A stretch of 64,000 bases of DNA. It comes from the human T2T-CHM13v2.0 reference genome, Homo sapiens. The stretch's first letter is position 1. Each line of letters begins with the position of its first letter. The notes beneath the pieces are model-generated. The model ran no database searches. It was given only the letters and a program-made list of their open reading frames with translations, and was not told the origin of the DNA. Below, in pieces: positions 1-14,590 of the stretch. Location of the stretch: NCBI RefSeq assembly GCF_009914755.1, contig NC_060937.1. One strand, given 5' to 3'. A program made the translations under genes and the position numbers.

Positions 1-1400
1 CATAAAATATCAAAGTACCCCAAATATATATTATATACTCTACATGAAATATCAAAGTTCACAAACTATATATTATATAATGTACATAAAATATCAAAGT
101 ACCCAAGGTATATATTCTATACTGTACAAAAAATATCAAAGTACCCAAAGCATGCATTATATACTGTATACAAAATATGAAAATACATTAAATATATATT
201 TTATTCTGTACATAAAATATCAAAGTACACCAGATATGTATTCTATAGTGTACATAAAATAACAAAGTACACAAACTATAAATTATATACTGTACGTAAA
301 ATATGAAATTACATCAAATATATATTAGGTACATAAAATATGAAAGTACATCAAATATAGATTATATACTGTACATATAATATCAATGTACACCAAATAT
401 ATATTTTATACTCTACGTGAAATATCAAAGTTCACAAACCATACATTATATACTGTACATAAAATATCAAAGTACCCAAGGTATATATTCTATAGTGTAC
501 AAAAAATATCAAAGTACCCAAAGCATGTATTATATACTGTACATAAAATATGAAAGTACATCCAATATATATTTTATTCTGTACATAAAATATCAAAGTA
601 CACCAGATATATATTCTATAGTGTACATAAAATATCAAAGTACCCAAACTATACATTATATACTGTACATAAAATATGAAATTACATCAAATATATATTA
701 GGTACATAAAATATGAAAGTACATCAAATATAGATTATATACTGTACATAAAATATCAAAGTACCCCAAATATATATTATATACTGTACATGAAATATCA
801 AAGTTCACAAACTATATATTATATACTGTACATAAAATATCAAAGTACCCAAGGTATATATTCTATACTGTACAAAAAATATCAAAGTACCCAAAGCATG
901 TATTATATACTGTACATAAAATATGAAAGTACATCAAATATATATTTTATTCTGTACATAAAATATCAAAGTACACCAGATATATATTCTATAGTGTACA
1001 TAAAATAACAAAGTAAAAAAACTATAAATTATATACTGTACATAAAATATGAAATTACATCAAATATATATTAGGTAGATAAAATATGAACGTACATCAA
1101 ATATAGATTATATACTGTACATAAAATATCAATGTACCCCAAATATATATTTTATACTCTACATGAAATATCAAAGTTCACAAACCATATATTATATACT
1201 GTACATAAAATATCAAAGTACCCAATGTATATATTCTATACTATACAAAAAATATCAAAGTACCCAAAGCATGTATTATATACTGTACATAAAATATGAA
1301 AGTACATCAAATATATATTTTATTCTGTACATAAAATATCAAAGTACACCAGATATATATTCTATAGTGTACATAAAATATCAAAGTACCCAAACTATAC
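1..1400 (+). repeat. 373-bp HOR variant subfamily (5-bp deletion in monomer 7), arranged as a 746-bp dimer
   Basis: HOR starts at 44, 417, 790 and 1163 (spacing 373). ATATATTAGGT replaces ATATATTATATTAGGT near 325, 698 and 1071. Alternate units carry AATAACAAAG (258, 1004) or CAAACCAT (about 435, 1181). Confidence 0.85.
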
Positions 1401-4400
1401 ATTATATACTGTACATAAAATATGAAATTACATCAAATATATATTATATTAGGTACATAAAATATGAAAGTACATCAAATATATATTATATACTCTACAT
1501 AAAATACCAAAGTACCCCAAATACATATTATATACTGTACATGCAATATCAAAGTTCACAAACTATATATTATATACTGTACATAAAATATCAAAGTACC
1601 GAAGCTATATATTCTATACTGTACAAAAAATATCAAAGTACCCAAAGCATGTATTATATACTGTACATAAAATATGAAAGTACATCAAATATATATTTTA
1701 TTCTGTACATAAAATATCAAAGTACACCAAATATATATTCTATAGTGTACATAAAATATCAAAGTACCCAAACTATACATTATATACTGTATATAAAATA
1801 TGAAATTACATCAAATATATATTATATTAGGTACATAAAATATGAAAGTACATCAAATATAGATTATATACTGTACATAAAATACCAAAGTACCCCAAAT
1901 ACATATTATATACTGTACATGCAATATCAAAGTTCACAAACTGTATATTATATACTGTACATAAAATATCAAAGTACCCAAGGTATATATTCTATACTGT
2001 ACAAAAAATATCAAAGTACCCAAAGCATGTATTATATACCGTACATAAAATATGAAAGTACATCAAATATATATTTTATTCTGTACATAAAATATCAAAG
2101 TACACTAAATATATATTCTATAGTGTACATAAAATATCAATGTACCCAAACTATACATTATATACTGTACAAAAAATATGAAATTACATCAAATATATAT
2201 TATATTAGGTACATAAAATATGAAAGTACATCAAATATAGATTATACACTGTACATAAAATACCAAAGTACCCCAAATACATATTATATACTGTACATGA
2301 AATATCAAAGTTCACAAACTATATATTATATACTGTACATAAACTATCAAAGTACCCAAGGTACATATTCTATTCTGTACAAAAAATATCAAAGTACCCA
2401 AAGCAAGTATTATATACTGTACATAAAATATGAAAGTACATCAAATATATATTTTATTCTGTACATAAAATATCAAAGTACACCAAATATATATTCTATA
2501 GTGTACATAAAATATCAAAATACCCAAACTATACATTATATACTGTACATAAAATATGAAACTACATCAAATATATATTATATTAGGTACATAAAATATG
2601 AAAGTACATCAAATATAAATTATATACAGTACATAAAATACCAAAGTACCCCAAATGTATATTATATACTGTACATGCAATATCAAAGTTCACAAACTAA
2701 ATATCATATACTGTACATAAAATATCAAAGTACCGAAGGTATATATTCTATACTGTACAAAAAATATCAAAGTTCGCAAAGCATGTATTATATACTGTAC
2801 ATAAAATATGAAAGTACATCAAATATATATTTTATTCTGTACATAAAATATCAAAGTACACCAAATATATATTCTATAGTGTACATAAAATATCAAATTA
2901 CCCAAACTATACATTATATGCTGTACATAAAATGTGAAATTACATCAAATATATATTATAATAGGTACATAAAATATGAAAGTACATCAAATATAAATTA
3001 TATACTGTACATAAAATACCAAAGAACCGCAAATATATATTATATACTGTACATGAAATATAAAAGTTCACAAACTATGTATTATATACTGTACATAAAA
3101 TATCAAAGTACCCAAGTTATATATTCTATACTGTACAAAAAATATCAAAGTACCCAAAGCATGTATTATATACTGTTCATAAAATATGAAAGTACATCAA
3201 ATATATATTTTATTCTGTACATAAAATATCAAAGTACACCAAATATATATTCTATAGTGTACATTAAATATCAAACTACCCAAACTATACATTATATACT
3301 GTACATAAAATATGAAATTACATCAAATATATATTATATTAGGTACATAAAATATGAAAGTACATCAAATATATATTATATACTGTACATAAAATACCAA
3401 AGTACCCCAAATACATATTATATACTGTACATGAAATATCAAAGTTCACAAACTATATATTATATACTGCATATAAAATATCAAAGTACCCAAGGTATAT
3501 ATTCTATACTGTACAAAAAATATCAAACTATCCAAAGCATGTATTATATAGTGTATATAAAATATGAAAGTACATCAAATATATATTTTATTCTGTACAT
3601 AAAATATCAAAGTACACCAAACATATATTCTATAGTGTACATTAAATATCAAACTACCCAAAGTATACATTATATACTGTACATAAAATATGAAATTACA
3701 TCAAATATATATTATATTAGGTACATAAAATATGAAAGTACATCAAATATAAATTATATACTGTACATAAAATACCAAAGAACCACAAATATATATTATA
3801 TACTGTACATGAAATATCAAAGTTCACAAACTATATATTATATATTGTACATAAAATATCAAAGTACCCAAGGTATATATTCTATACTCAACAAAAAATA
3901 TCAAAGTACCCAAAGCATGTATTATATACTGTTCATAAAATATGAAAGTACATCAAATATATATTTTATTCTGTACATAAAATATCAAAGTATACCAAAT
4001 ATATATTCTATAGTGTACATTAAATATCAAACTACCCAAACTATACAATATATACTGTGCATAAAATATGAAATTACATCAAGTATATATTATATTAGGT
4101 ACATAAAATATGAAAGTACATCAAATATAGATTATATACTGTACATAAAATACCTAAGTACCCCAAATACATATTATATACTGTACATGAAATATCAAAG
4201 TTCACAAACTATATATTATATACTGTACATAAAATATCAAAGTACCGAAAGTATATATTCTATACTGTACAAAAAATATCAAAGTACCCAAAGCATGTAT
4301 TATATACTGTACATAAAATATGAAAGTACATCTAATATATATTTTATTCTGTACATAAAATATCAAAGTACACCAAATATATATTCTATAGTGTACATAA

Positions 4401-5949
4401 AATATCAAAGTACCCAAACTATACATTATATACTGTACATAAAATATGAAATTACATCAAATATATATTATATTAGGTACATAAAATATGAAAGTACATC
4501 AAATATAGATTATATACTGTACATAAAATACCAAAGTACACCAAATATATATTTTATACTGTACATGCAATATCAAAGTTCACAAACTATATATTATATA
4601 CTGTATATAAAATATCAAAGTACCCAAGGTATATATTCTATACTGTACAAAAAATATCAAAGTACCCAAAGCATGTATTATATACCGTACATAAAATATG
4701 AAAGTACATCAAATATATATTTTATTCTGTACATAAAATATCAAAGTACACTAAATATATATTCTATAGTGTACATAAAATATCAATGTACCCAAACTAT
4801 ACATTATATACTGTACATAAAATATGAAATTACATCAAATATATATTATATTAGGTACATAAAATATGAAAGTACATCAAATATAGATTATACACTGTAC
4901 ATAAAATACCAAAGTACCCCAAATACATATTATATACTGTACATGAAATATCAAAGTTCACAAACTATATATTTATACTGTATATAAAATATCAAAGTAC
5001 CCAAGGTACATATTCTATACTGTACAAAAAATATCAAAGTACCCAAAGCAAGTATTATATACTGTACATAAAATATGAAAGTACATCAAATATATATTTT
5101 ATTCTGTACATAAAATATCAAAGTACACCAAATATATATTCTATAGTGTACATAAAATATCAAAGTACCCAAACTATACATTATATACTGTACATTAAAT
5201 ATGAAATTACATCAAATATATATTATATTAGGTACATAAAATATGAAAGTACATCAAATATAGATTATATACTGTACATAAAATATCAATGTACCCCAAA
5301 TATATATTATATGCTCTATATGAAATATCAAAGTTCACAAACTATATATTATATACTGTACATAAAATATCAAAGTACCCTAGGTATATATTCTATACTG
5401 TACAAAAAATATCAAAGTACCCAAAGCATGTATTATATACTGTACATAAAATATGAAAGTACATCAAATATATATTTTATTCTGTACATAAAATATCAAA
5501 GTACACCAGATATATATTCTCTAGTGTACATAAAATATCAAAGTACCCAAACTATACATTATATACTGTACATAAAATATGAAATTACATCAAATATATA
5601 TTATATTAGGTACATAAAATATGAAAGTACATCAAATATAAATTATATACTGTACATAAAATACCAAAGAACCCCAAATATATATTATATACTGTACATG
5701 AAATATCAAAGTTCACAAACTATATATTATATATTGTACATAAAATATCAAAGTACCCAAGGTATATATTCTATACTCTACAAAAAATATCAAAGTACCC
5801 AAAGCATGTATTATATACTGTTCATAAAATATGAAAGTACATCAAATATATATTTTATTCTGTACATAAAATATCAAAGTATACCAAATATATATTCTAT
5901 AGTGTACATTAAATATCAAACTACCCAAACTATACATTATATACTGTGC

Positions 5950-8900
5950 ATAAAATATGAAATTACATCAAATATATATTATATTAGGTACATAAAATAT
6001 GAAAGTACATCAAATATAGATTATATACTGTACATAAAATACCAAAGGACCCCAAATATATATTATATACTGCACATGAAATATCAAAGTTCACAAACTA
6101 TATATTATATACTGTACATAAAATATCAAAGTACCCAAGGTATATATTCTATACTGTACAAAAAATATCAAAGTACCCAAAGCATGTATTATATACTGTT
6201 CATAAAATATGAAAGTACATCAAATATATATTTTATTCTGTACATAAAATATCAAAGTACACCAAATATATATTCTATAGTGTACAACAAATATCAAACT
6301 ACCCAATCTATACATTATATACTGTACATAAAATATGAAATTACATCAAATATATATTATATTAGGTACATAAAATATGAAAGTACATCAAATATATATT
6401 ATATACTCTATATAAAATACCAAATTACCCCAAATACATATTATATACTGTACATGCAATATCAACGTTCACAAACCATATATTATATACTGTACATAAA
6501 ATATCAAAGTACCAAAGCTATATATTCTATACTGTACAAAAAATATCAAAGTACCCAAAGCATGTATTATATACTGTACATAAAATATGAAAGTACATCA
6601 AATATATATTTTATTCTGTACATAAAATATCAAAATACACCAAATATATATTCTATAGTGTACATAAAATATCAAAGTACCCAAACTATACATTATATAC
6701 TGTACATAAAATATGAAATTACATCAAATATATATTATATTAGGTACATAAAATATGAAAGTACATCAAATATAAATTATATACTGTACATAAAATACCA
6801 AAGTACCCCAAATATATATTATATACTGTACATGAAATATCAAAGTTCACAAACTATATATTATATACTGTACATAAAATATCAAAGTACCAAAGGTATA
6901 TATTCTATACTGTACAAAAAATATCAAAGTACGCACAACATGAATTATATACTGTACATAAAATATGAAAGTACATCAAATATATATTTTATTCTGTACA
7001 TAAAATATCAAAGTACACCAAATATATATTCTATAGTGTACATAAAATATCAAAGTACCCAAACTATACATTATATACTGTACATAAAATATGAAATTAC
7101 ATCAAATATATATTATATTAGGTACATAAAATATGAAAGTACATCAAATATAGATTATATACTGTACATAAAATACTAAAGAACCCCAAATATATATTAT
7201 ATACTGCACATGAAATATCAAAGTTCACAAACTATATATTATATACTGTACATAAAATATCAAAGTACCCAAGGTATATATTCTATACTGTACAAAAAAT
7301 ATCAAAGTACCCAAAGCATGTATTATATACTGTTCATAAAATATGAAAGTACATCAAATATATATTTTATTCTGTACATAAAATATCAAAGTACACCAAA
7401 TATATATTCTATAGTGTACAACAAATATCAAACTACCCAAACTATACATTATATACTGTACATAAAATATGAAATTACATCAAATATATATTATATTAGG
7501 TACATAAAATATGAAAGTACATCAAATATAAATTATATACTGTACATAAAATACCAAAGAACCCCAAATATATATTATATACTGTACATGAAATATCAAA
7601 GTTCACAAACTATATATTATATATTGTACATAAAATATCAAAGTACCCAAGGTATATATTCTATACTCTACAAAAAATATCAAAGTACCCAAAGCATGTA
7701 TTATATACTGTTCATAAAATATGAAAGTACATCAAATATATATTTTATTCTGTACATAAAATATCAAAGTATACCAAATATATATTCTATAGTGTACATT
7801 AAATATCAAACTACCCAAACTATACATTATATACTGTGCATAAAATATGAAATTACATCAAATATATATTATATTAGGTACATAAAATATGAAAGTACAT
7901 CAAATATAAATTATATACTGTACATAAAATACCAAAGAACCCCAAATATATATTATATACTGTACATGAAATATCAAAGTTCACAAACTATATATTATAT
8001 ACTGTACATAAAATATCAAAGTACCCAAGTTATATATTCTATACTGTACAAAAAATATCAAAGTACCCAAAGCATGTATTATATACTGTTCATAAAATAT
8101 GAAAGTACATCAAATATATATTTTATTCTGTACATAAAATATCAAAGTACACACAATATATATTCTATAGTGTACAACAAATATCAAACTACCCAAACTA
8201 TACATTATATACTGTACATAAAATATGAAATTACATCAAATATATATTATATTAGGTACATAAAATATGAAAGTACATCAAATATATATTATATACTCTA
8301 CATAAAATACCAAAGTACCCCAAATACATATTATATACTGTACATGCAATATCAAAGTTCACAAACCATATATTATATACTGTACATAAAATATCAAAGT
8401 ACCAAAGCTATATATTCTATACTGTACAAAAAATATCAAAGTACCCAAAGCATGTATTACATACTGTACATAAAATATGAAAGTACATCAAATATATATT
8501 TTATTCTGTACATAAAATATCAAAGTACACCAAATATATATTCTATAGTGTACATAAAATATCAAATTACCCAAACTATACATTATATCCTGTACATAAA
8601 ATATGAAATTACATCAAATATATATTATATTAGGTACATAAAATATGAAAGTACATCAAATATAAATTATATACTGTACATAAAATACCAAAGAACCTCA
8701 AATATATATTATATACTGTACATGAAATATCAAAGTTCACAAGCTATATATTATATATTGTACATAAAATATCAAAGTACCCAAGGTATATATTCTATAC
8801 TGTACAAAAAATATCAAAGTACCCAAAGCATGTATTATATACTGTTCATAAAATATGAAAGTACATCAAATATATATTTTATTCTGTACATAAAATATCA

Positions 8901-11900
8901 AACTACACCAGATATATATTCTATAGTGTACATAAAATATCAAAGTACCCAAACTATACATTATATACTGTACATAAAATATGAAATTACATCAAATATA
9001 TATTATATTAGGTACATAAAATATGAAAGTACATCAAATATATATTATATACTGTACATAAAATACAAAAGTACCCCAAATACATATTATATACTGTACA
9101 TTGAATATCAAAGTTCACAAACTATATATTATATACTGTACATAAAATATCAAAGTACCGAAGGTATATATTCTATACTGTAAAAAAATATCAAAGTACG
9201 CAAAGCATGTATTATATACTGTACATAAAATATGAAAGTACATCAAATATATATTTTATTCTGTACATAAAATATCAAAGTACACCAAATATATATTCTA
9301 TAGTGTACATAAAATATCAAAGTACCCAAACTATACATTATATACTGTACATAAAATATGAAATTACATCAAATATATATTATAATAGGTACATAAAATA
9401 TGAAAGTACATCAAATATAAATTATATACTGTACATAAAATACCAAAGAACCCCAAATATATATTATATACTGTACATGAAATATCAAAGTTCACAAACT
9501 ATATATTATATACTGTATATAAAATATCAAAGTACCCAAGTTATATATTCTATACTGTACAAAAAATATCAAAGTACCCAAAGCATGTATTATATAGTGT
9601 TCATAAAACATGAAAGTACATCAAATATATATTTTATTCTGTACATAAAATATCAAAGTACACCAAATATATATTCTATAGTGTACATTAAATATCAAAA
9701 TACCCAAACTGTACATTATATACTGTACATAAAATATGAAATTACATCAAATATATATTATATTAGGTACATAAAATATGAAAGTACATCAAATATAGAT
9801 TACATACTGTACAAAAAATACCAAAGTACCCCAAATACATATTATATACTGTACATGAAATATCAAAGTTCACAAACTATATATTATATACTGTACATAA
9901 AATATCAAAGTACTGAAGGTATATATTCTATACTGTACAAAAAATATCAAAGTACCCAAAGCATGTATTATATACTGTACATAAAATATGAAAGTACATC
10001 AAATATATATTTTATTCTGTACATAAAATATCAAAGTACACCAAATATATATTCTATAGTGTACATAAAATATCAAAAGTACCCAAACTATACATTATAT
10101 ACTGTACATAAAATATGAAATTACATCAAATATATATTATAATAGGTACATAAAATATGAAAGTACATCAAATATAGATTATATACTGTACATAAAATAC
10201 CAAAGAACCCCAAATATATATTATATACTGTACATGAAATATCAAAGTTCACAAACTATATATTATATACTGTATATAAAATATCAAAGTACCCAAGGTA
10301 TATATTCTATACTGTACAAAAAATATCAAAGTACCCAAAGCATGTATTATATACTGTTCATAAAATATGAAAGTACATCAAATATATATTTTATTCTGTA
10401 CATAAAATATCAAAGTACACCAAATATATATTCTATAGTGTACATAAAATATCAAAGTACCCAAACCATACATTATATACTGTACATAAAATATGAAATT
10501 ACATCAAATATATATTATATTAGGTACATAAAATATGAAAGTACATCAAATATAGATTACATACTGTACATAAAATACCAAAGTACCCCAAATACATATT
10601 ATATACTGTTCATGAAATATCAAAGTTCACAAACTAAATATTATATACTATACATAAAATATCAAAGTACCGAAAGTATATATTCTATACTGTACAAAAA
10701 ATATCAAAGTACCCAAAGCATGTATTATATGCGGTACATATAATATGAAAGTACATCAAATATATATTTTATTCTGTACATAAAATATCAAAGTACACCA
10801 AATATATATTCTATAGTGTACATAAAATATCAAAGTACCCAAACTATACATTATATACTGTACATAAAATATGAAATTACATCAAATATATATTATATTA
10901 GGTACATAAAATATGAAAGTACATCAAATATAAATTATATACTGTACATAAAATACCAAAGTACCCCAAATATATATTATATACTGTACATGCAATATCA
11001 AAGTTCACAAACTATATATTATATACTGTACATAAAATATCAAAGTACCGAAGGTATATATTCTATACTCTACAAAAAATATCAAAGTACGCAAAGCATG
11101 TATTATATACTGTACATAAAATATGAATGTACATCAAATATATATTTTATTCTGTACATAAAATATCAAAATACACCAAATATATATTCTATAGTGTACA
11201 TAAAATATCAAAGTACCCAAACTATACATAATAATCTGTACATAAAATATGAAATTACATCAAATATATACTATATTATGTACATAAAATATGAAAGTAC
11301 ATCAAATATAGATTATATACTGTACATAAAATACCAAAGTACCCCAAATACATATTTTATACTGTACATGCAATATCAAAGTTCACAAACTATATATTAT
11401 ATACTGTACATAAAATATCAAAGTACCGAAAGTATATATTCTATACTGTACAAAAAATATCAAAGTACCCAAAGCATGTATTATATTCTGTACATAAAAT
11501 ATGAAAGTACATCAAATATATATTTAATTCTGTACATAAAATATCAAAGTACACCAAATATATATTCTATAGTGTACTTAAAATATCAAAGTACCCAAAC
11601 TGTACACTACATACTGTACATAAAATATGAAATTACATCAAATATATATTATATTAGGTACATAAAATATGAAAGTACATCAAATATAGATTATATACTG
11701 TACATAAAATACCAAAGTACCCCAAATACATATTATATACTGTACATGAAATATCAAAGTTCACAAACTATATATTATATACTGTACATAAAATATCAAA
11801 GTACCGAAGGTATATATTCTATACTGTACAAAAAATATCAAAGTACCCAAAGCAAGTATTATATACTGTACATAAAATATGAAAGTACATCAAATATATA

Positions 11901-14590
11901 TTTTATTCTGTACATAAAATATCAAAGTACACCAAATATATATTCTATAGTGTACATAAAATATCAAAGTACCCAAACTGTACACTACATACTGTACATA
12001 AAATATGAAATTACATCAAATATATATTATATTAGGTACATAAAATATGAAAGTACATCAAATATACATTATATACTGTACATAAAATACCAAAGTACCC
12101 CAAATATATATTATATACTGTACATGAAATATCAAATTTCACAAACTATATATTATATACTGTACATAAAATATCAAAGTACCGAAGCTATATATTCTAT
12201 ACTGTAAAAAAATATCAAAGTACCCAAAGCATGTATTATATACTGTACATAAAATATGAAAGTACATCAAATATATATTTTATTCTGTACATAAAATATC
12301 AAAGTACACCAAATATATATTCTATAGTGTACATAAAATATCAAAGTACCCAAACTATACATTATATACTGTACATAAAATATGAAATTACATCAAATAT
12401 ATATTATATTAGGTACATAAAATATGAAAGTACATCAAATATAGATTATATACTGTACATAAAATACCAAAGTACCCCAAATACATATTATATACTGTAC
12501 ATGCAATATCAAAGTTCACAAACTATATATTATATACTGTACATAAAATATCAAAGTACCCAAGGTATATATTCTATACTGTACAAAAAATATCAAAGTA
12601 CCCAAAGCATGTATTATATACTGTACATAAAATATGAAAGTACATCAAATATATATTTTATTCTGTACATAAAATGTAAAAGTACACCAAATATATATTC
12701 TATAGTGTACATAAAATATCAAAGTACCCAAACTATACATTATATACTGTACATAAAATATGAAATTACATCAAATATATATTATATTAGGTACATAAAA
12801 TATGAAAGTACATCAAATATAAATTATATACTGTATATAAAATACCAAAGAATCCCAAATATATATTATATACTGTACATGAAATATCAAAGTTCACAAA
12901 CTATATATTATATACTGTATATAAAATATCAAAGTACCCAAGGTATATATTCTATACTGTACAAAAAATATCAAAGTACCCAAAGCATGTATTATATACT
13001 GTTCATAAAATATGAAAGTACATCAAATATATATTTTATTCTGTACATAAAATATCAAAGTACACCAAATATATATTCTATAGTGTACATAAAATATCAA
13101 AGTACCCAAACTATACATTATATACTGTACATAAAATATGAAATTACATCAAATATATATTATATTAGGAAAATAAAATATGAAAGTATATGAAATATAT
13201 ATTATATACTGTACATAAAATACCAAAGTACCCCAAATACATATTATATACTGTACATGAAATATCAAAGTTCACAAACTATATATTATATACTGTACAT
13301 AAAATATCAAAGTACCCATGGTACATATTCTATACTGTACAAAAAATATCAAAGTACCCAAAGCAAGTATTATGTACTGTACATAAAATATGAAAGTACA
13401 TCAAATATATATTTTATTCTGTACATAAAATATCAAAGTACACCAAATATATATTCTATAGTTTACATAAAATATCAAAGTACCCAAACTATACATTATA
13501 TACTGTACGTAAAATATGAAATTACATCAAATATATATTATATTAGGTACATAAAATATGAAAGTACATCAAATATAAATTTTATACTGCACATAAAATG
13601 CCAAAGTACCCCAAATATATATTATATACTGTACATGCAATATCAAAGTTCACAAACTATATATTATATACTGTACATAAAATATCAAAGTACCGAAGGT
13701 ATATATTCTATACTGTACAAAAAATATCAAAGTACGCAAAGCATGTATTATATACTGTACATAAAATATGAAAGTACATCAAATATATATTACATTAGGT
13801 ACATAAAATATGAAAGTATATCAAATATAAATTATATACTGTACATAAAATACCAAAGAACCCCAAATATATACTATATACTGTACATGAAATATCAAAG
13901 TTCACAAACTATATATTATATACTGTACATAAAATGTCAAAGTACTGAAGGTATATATTCTATACTGTACAAAAAATATCAAAGTACCCAAAGCAAGTAT
14001 TATATACTGTACATAAAATATGAAAGTACATCAAATATGTATTTTATTCTGTACACAAAATATCAAAGTACACCAAATATATATTCTATAGTGTACATAA
14101 AATATCAAAGTACCCAAACTATACATTATATACTGTACATAAAATATGAAATTACATCAAATATATATTATATTAGGTACATAAAATATGAAAGTACATC
14201 AAATATAGATTATATACTGTACATAAAATACCAAAGTACCCCAAATACATATTATATACTGTACATGCAATATCAAATTTCACAAACTATATATTATATA
14301 CTGTACATAAAATATCAAAGTACCGAAGGTATATATTCTATACTGTACAAAAAATATCAAAGTACCCAAAGCAAGTATTATATACTGTACATAAAATATG
14401 AAAGTACATCAAATATATATTTTATTCTGTACATAAAATATCAAAGTACACCAAATATATATTCTATAGTGTACATAAAATATCAAAGTACCCAAACTGT
14501 ACACTACATACTGTACATAAAATATGAAATTACATCAAATATATATTATATTAGGTACATAAAATATGAAAGTACATCAAATATAGATTA
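5950..14590 (+). repeat. Block A, left copy of a near-identical ~8.6 kb duplication (partner at +14,990)
   Basis: ORFs at 7210, 9207, 10234, 10816, 12231 and 13190 recur with identical translation at 22200, 24197, 25224, 25806, 27221 and 28180. The private variant ACCAAAGGAC is at 6041 and 21031. Confidence 0.9.
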
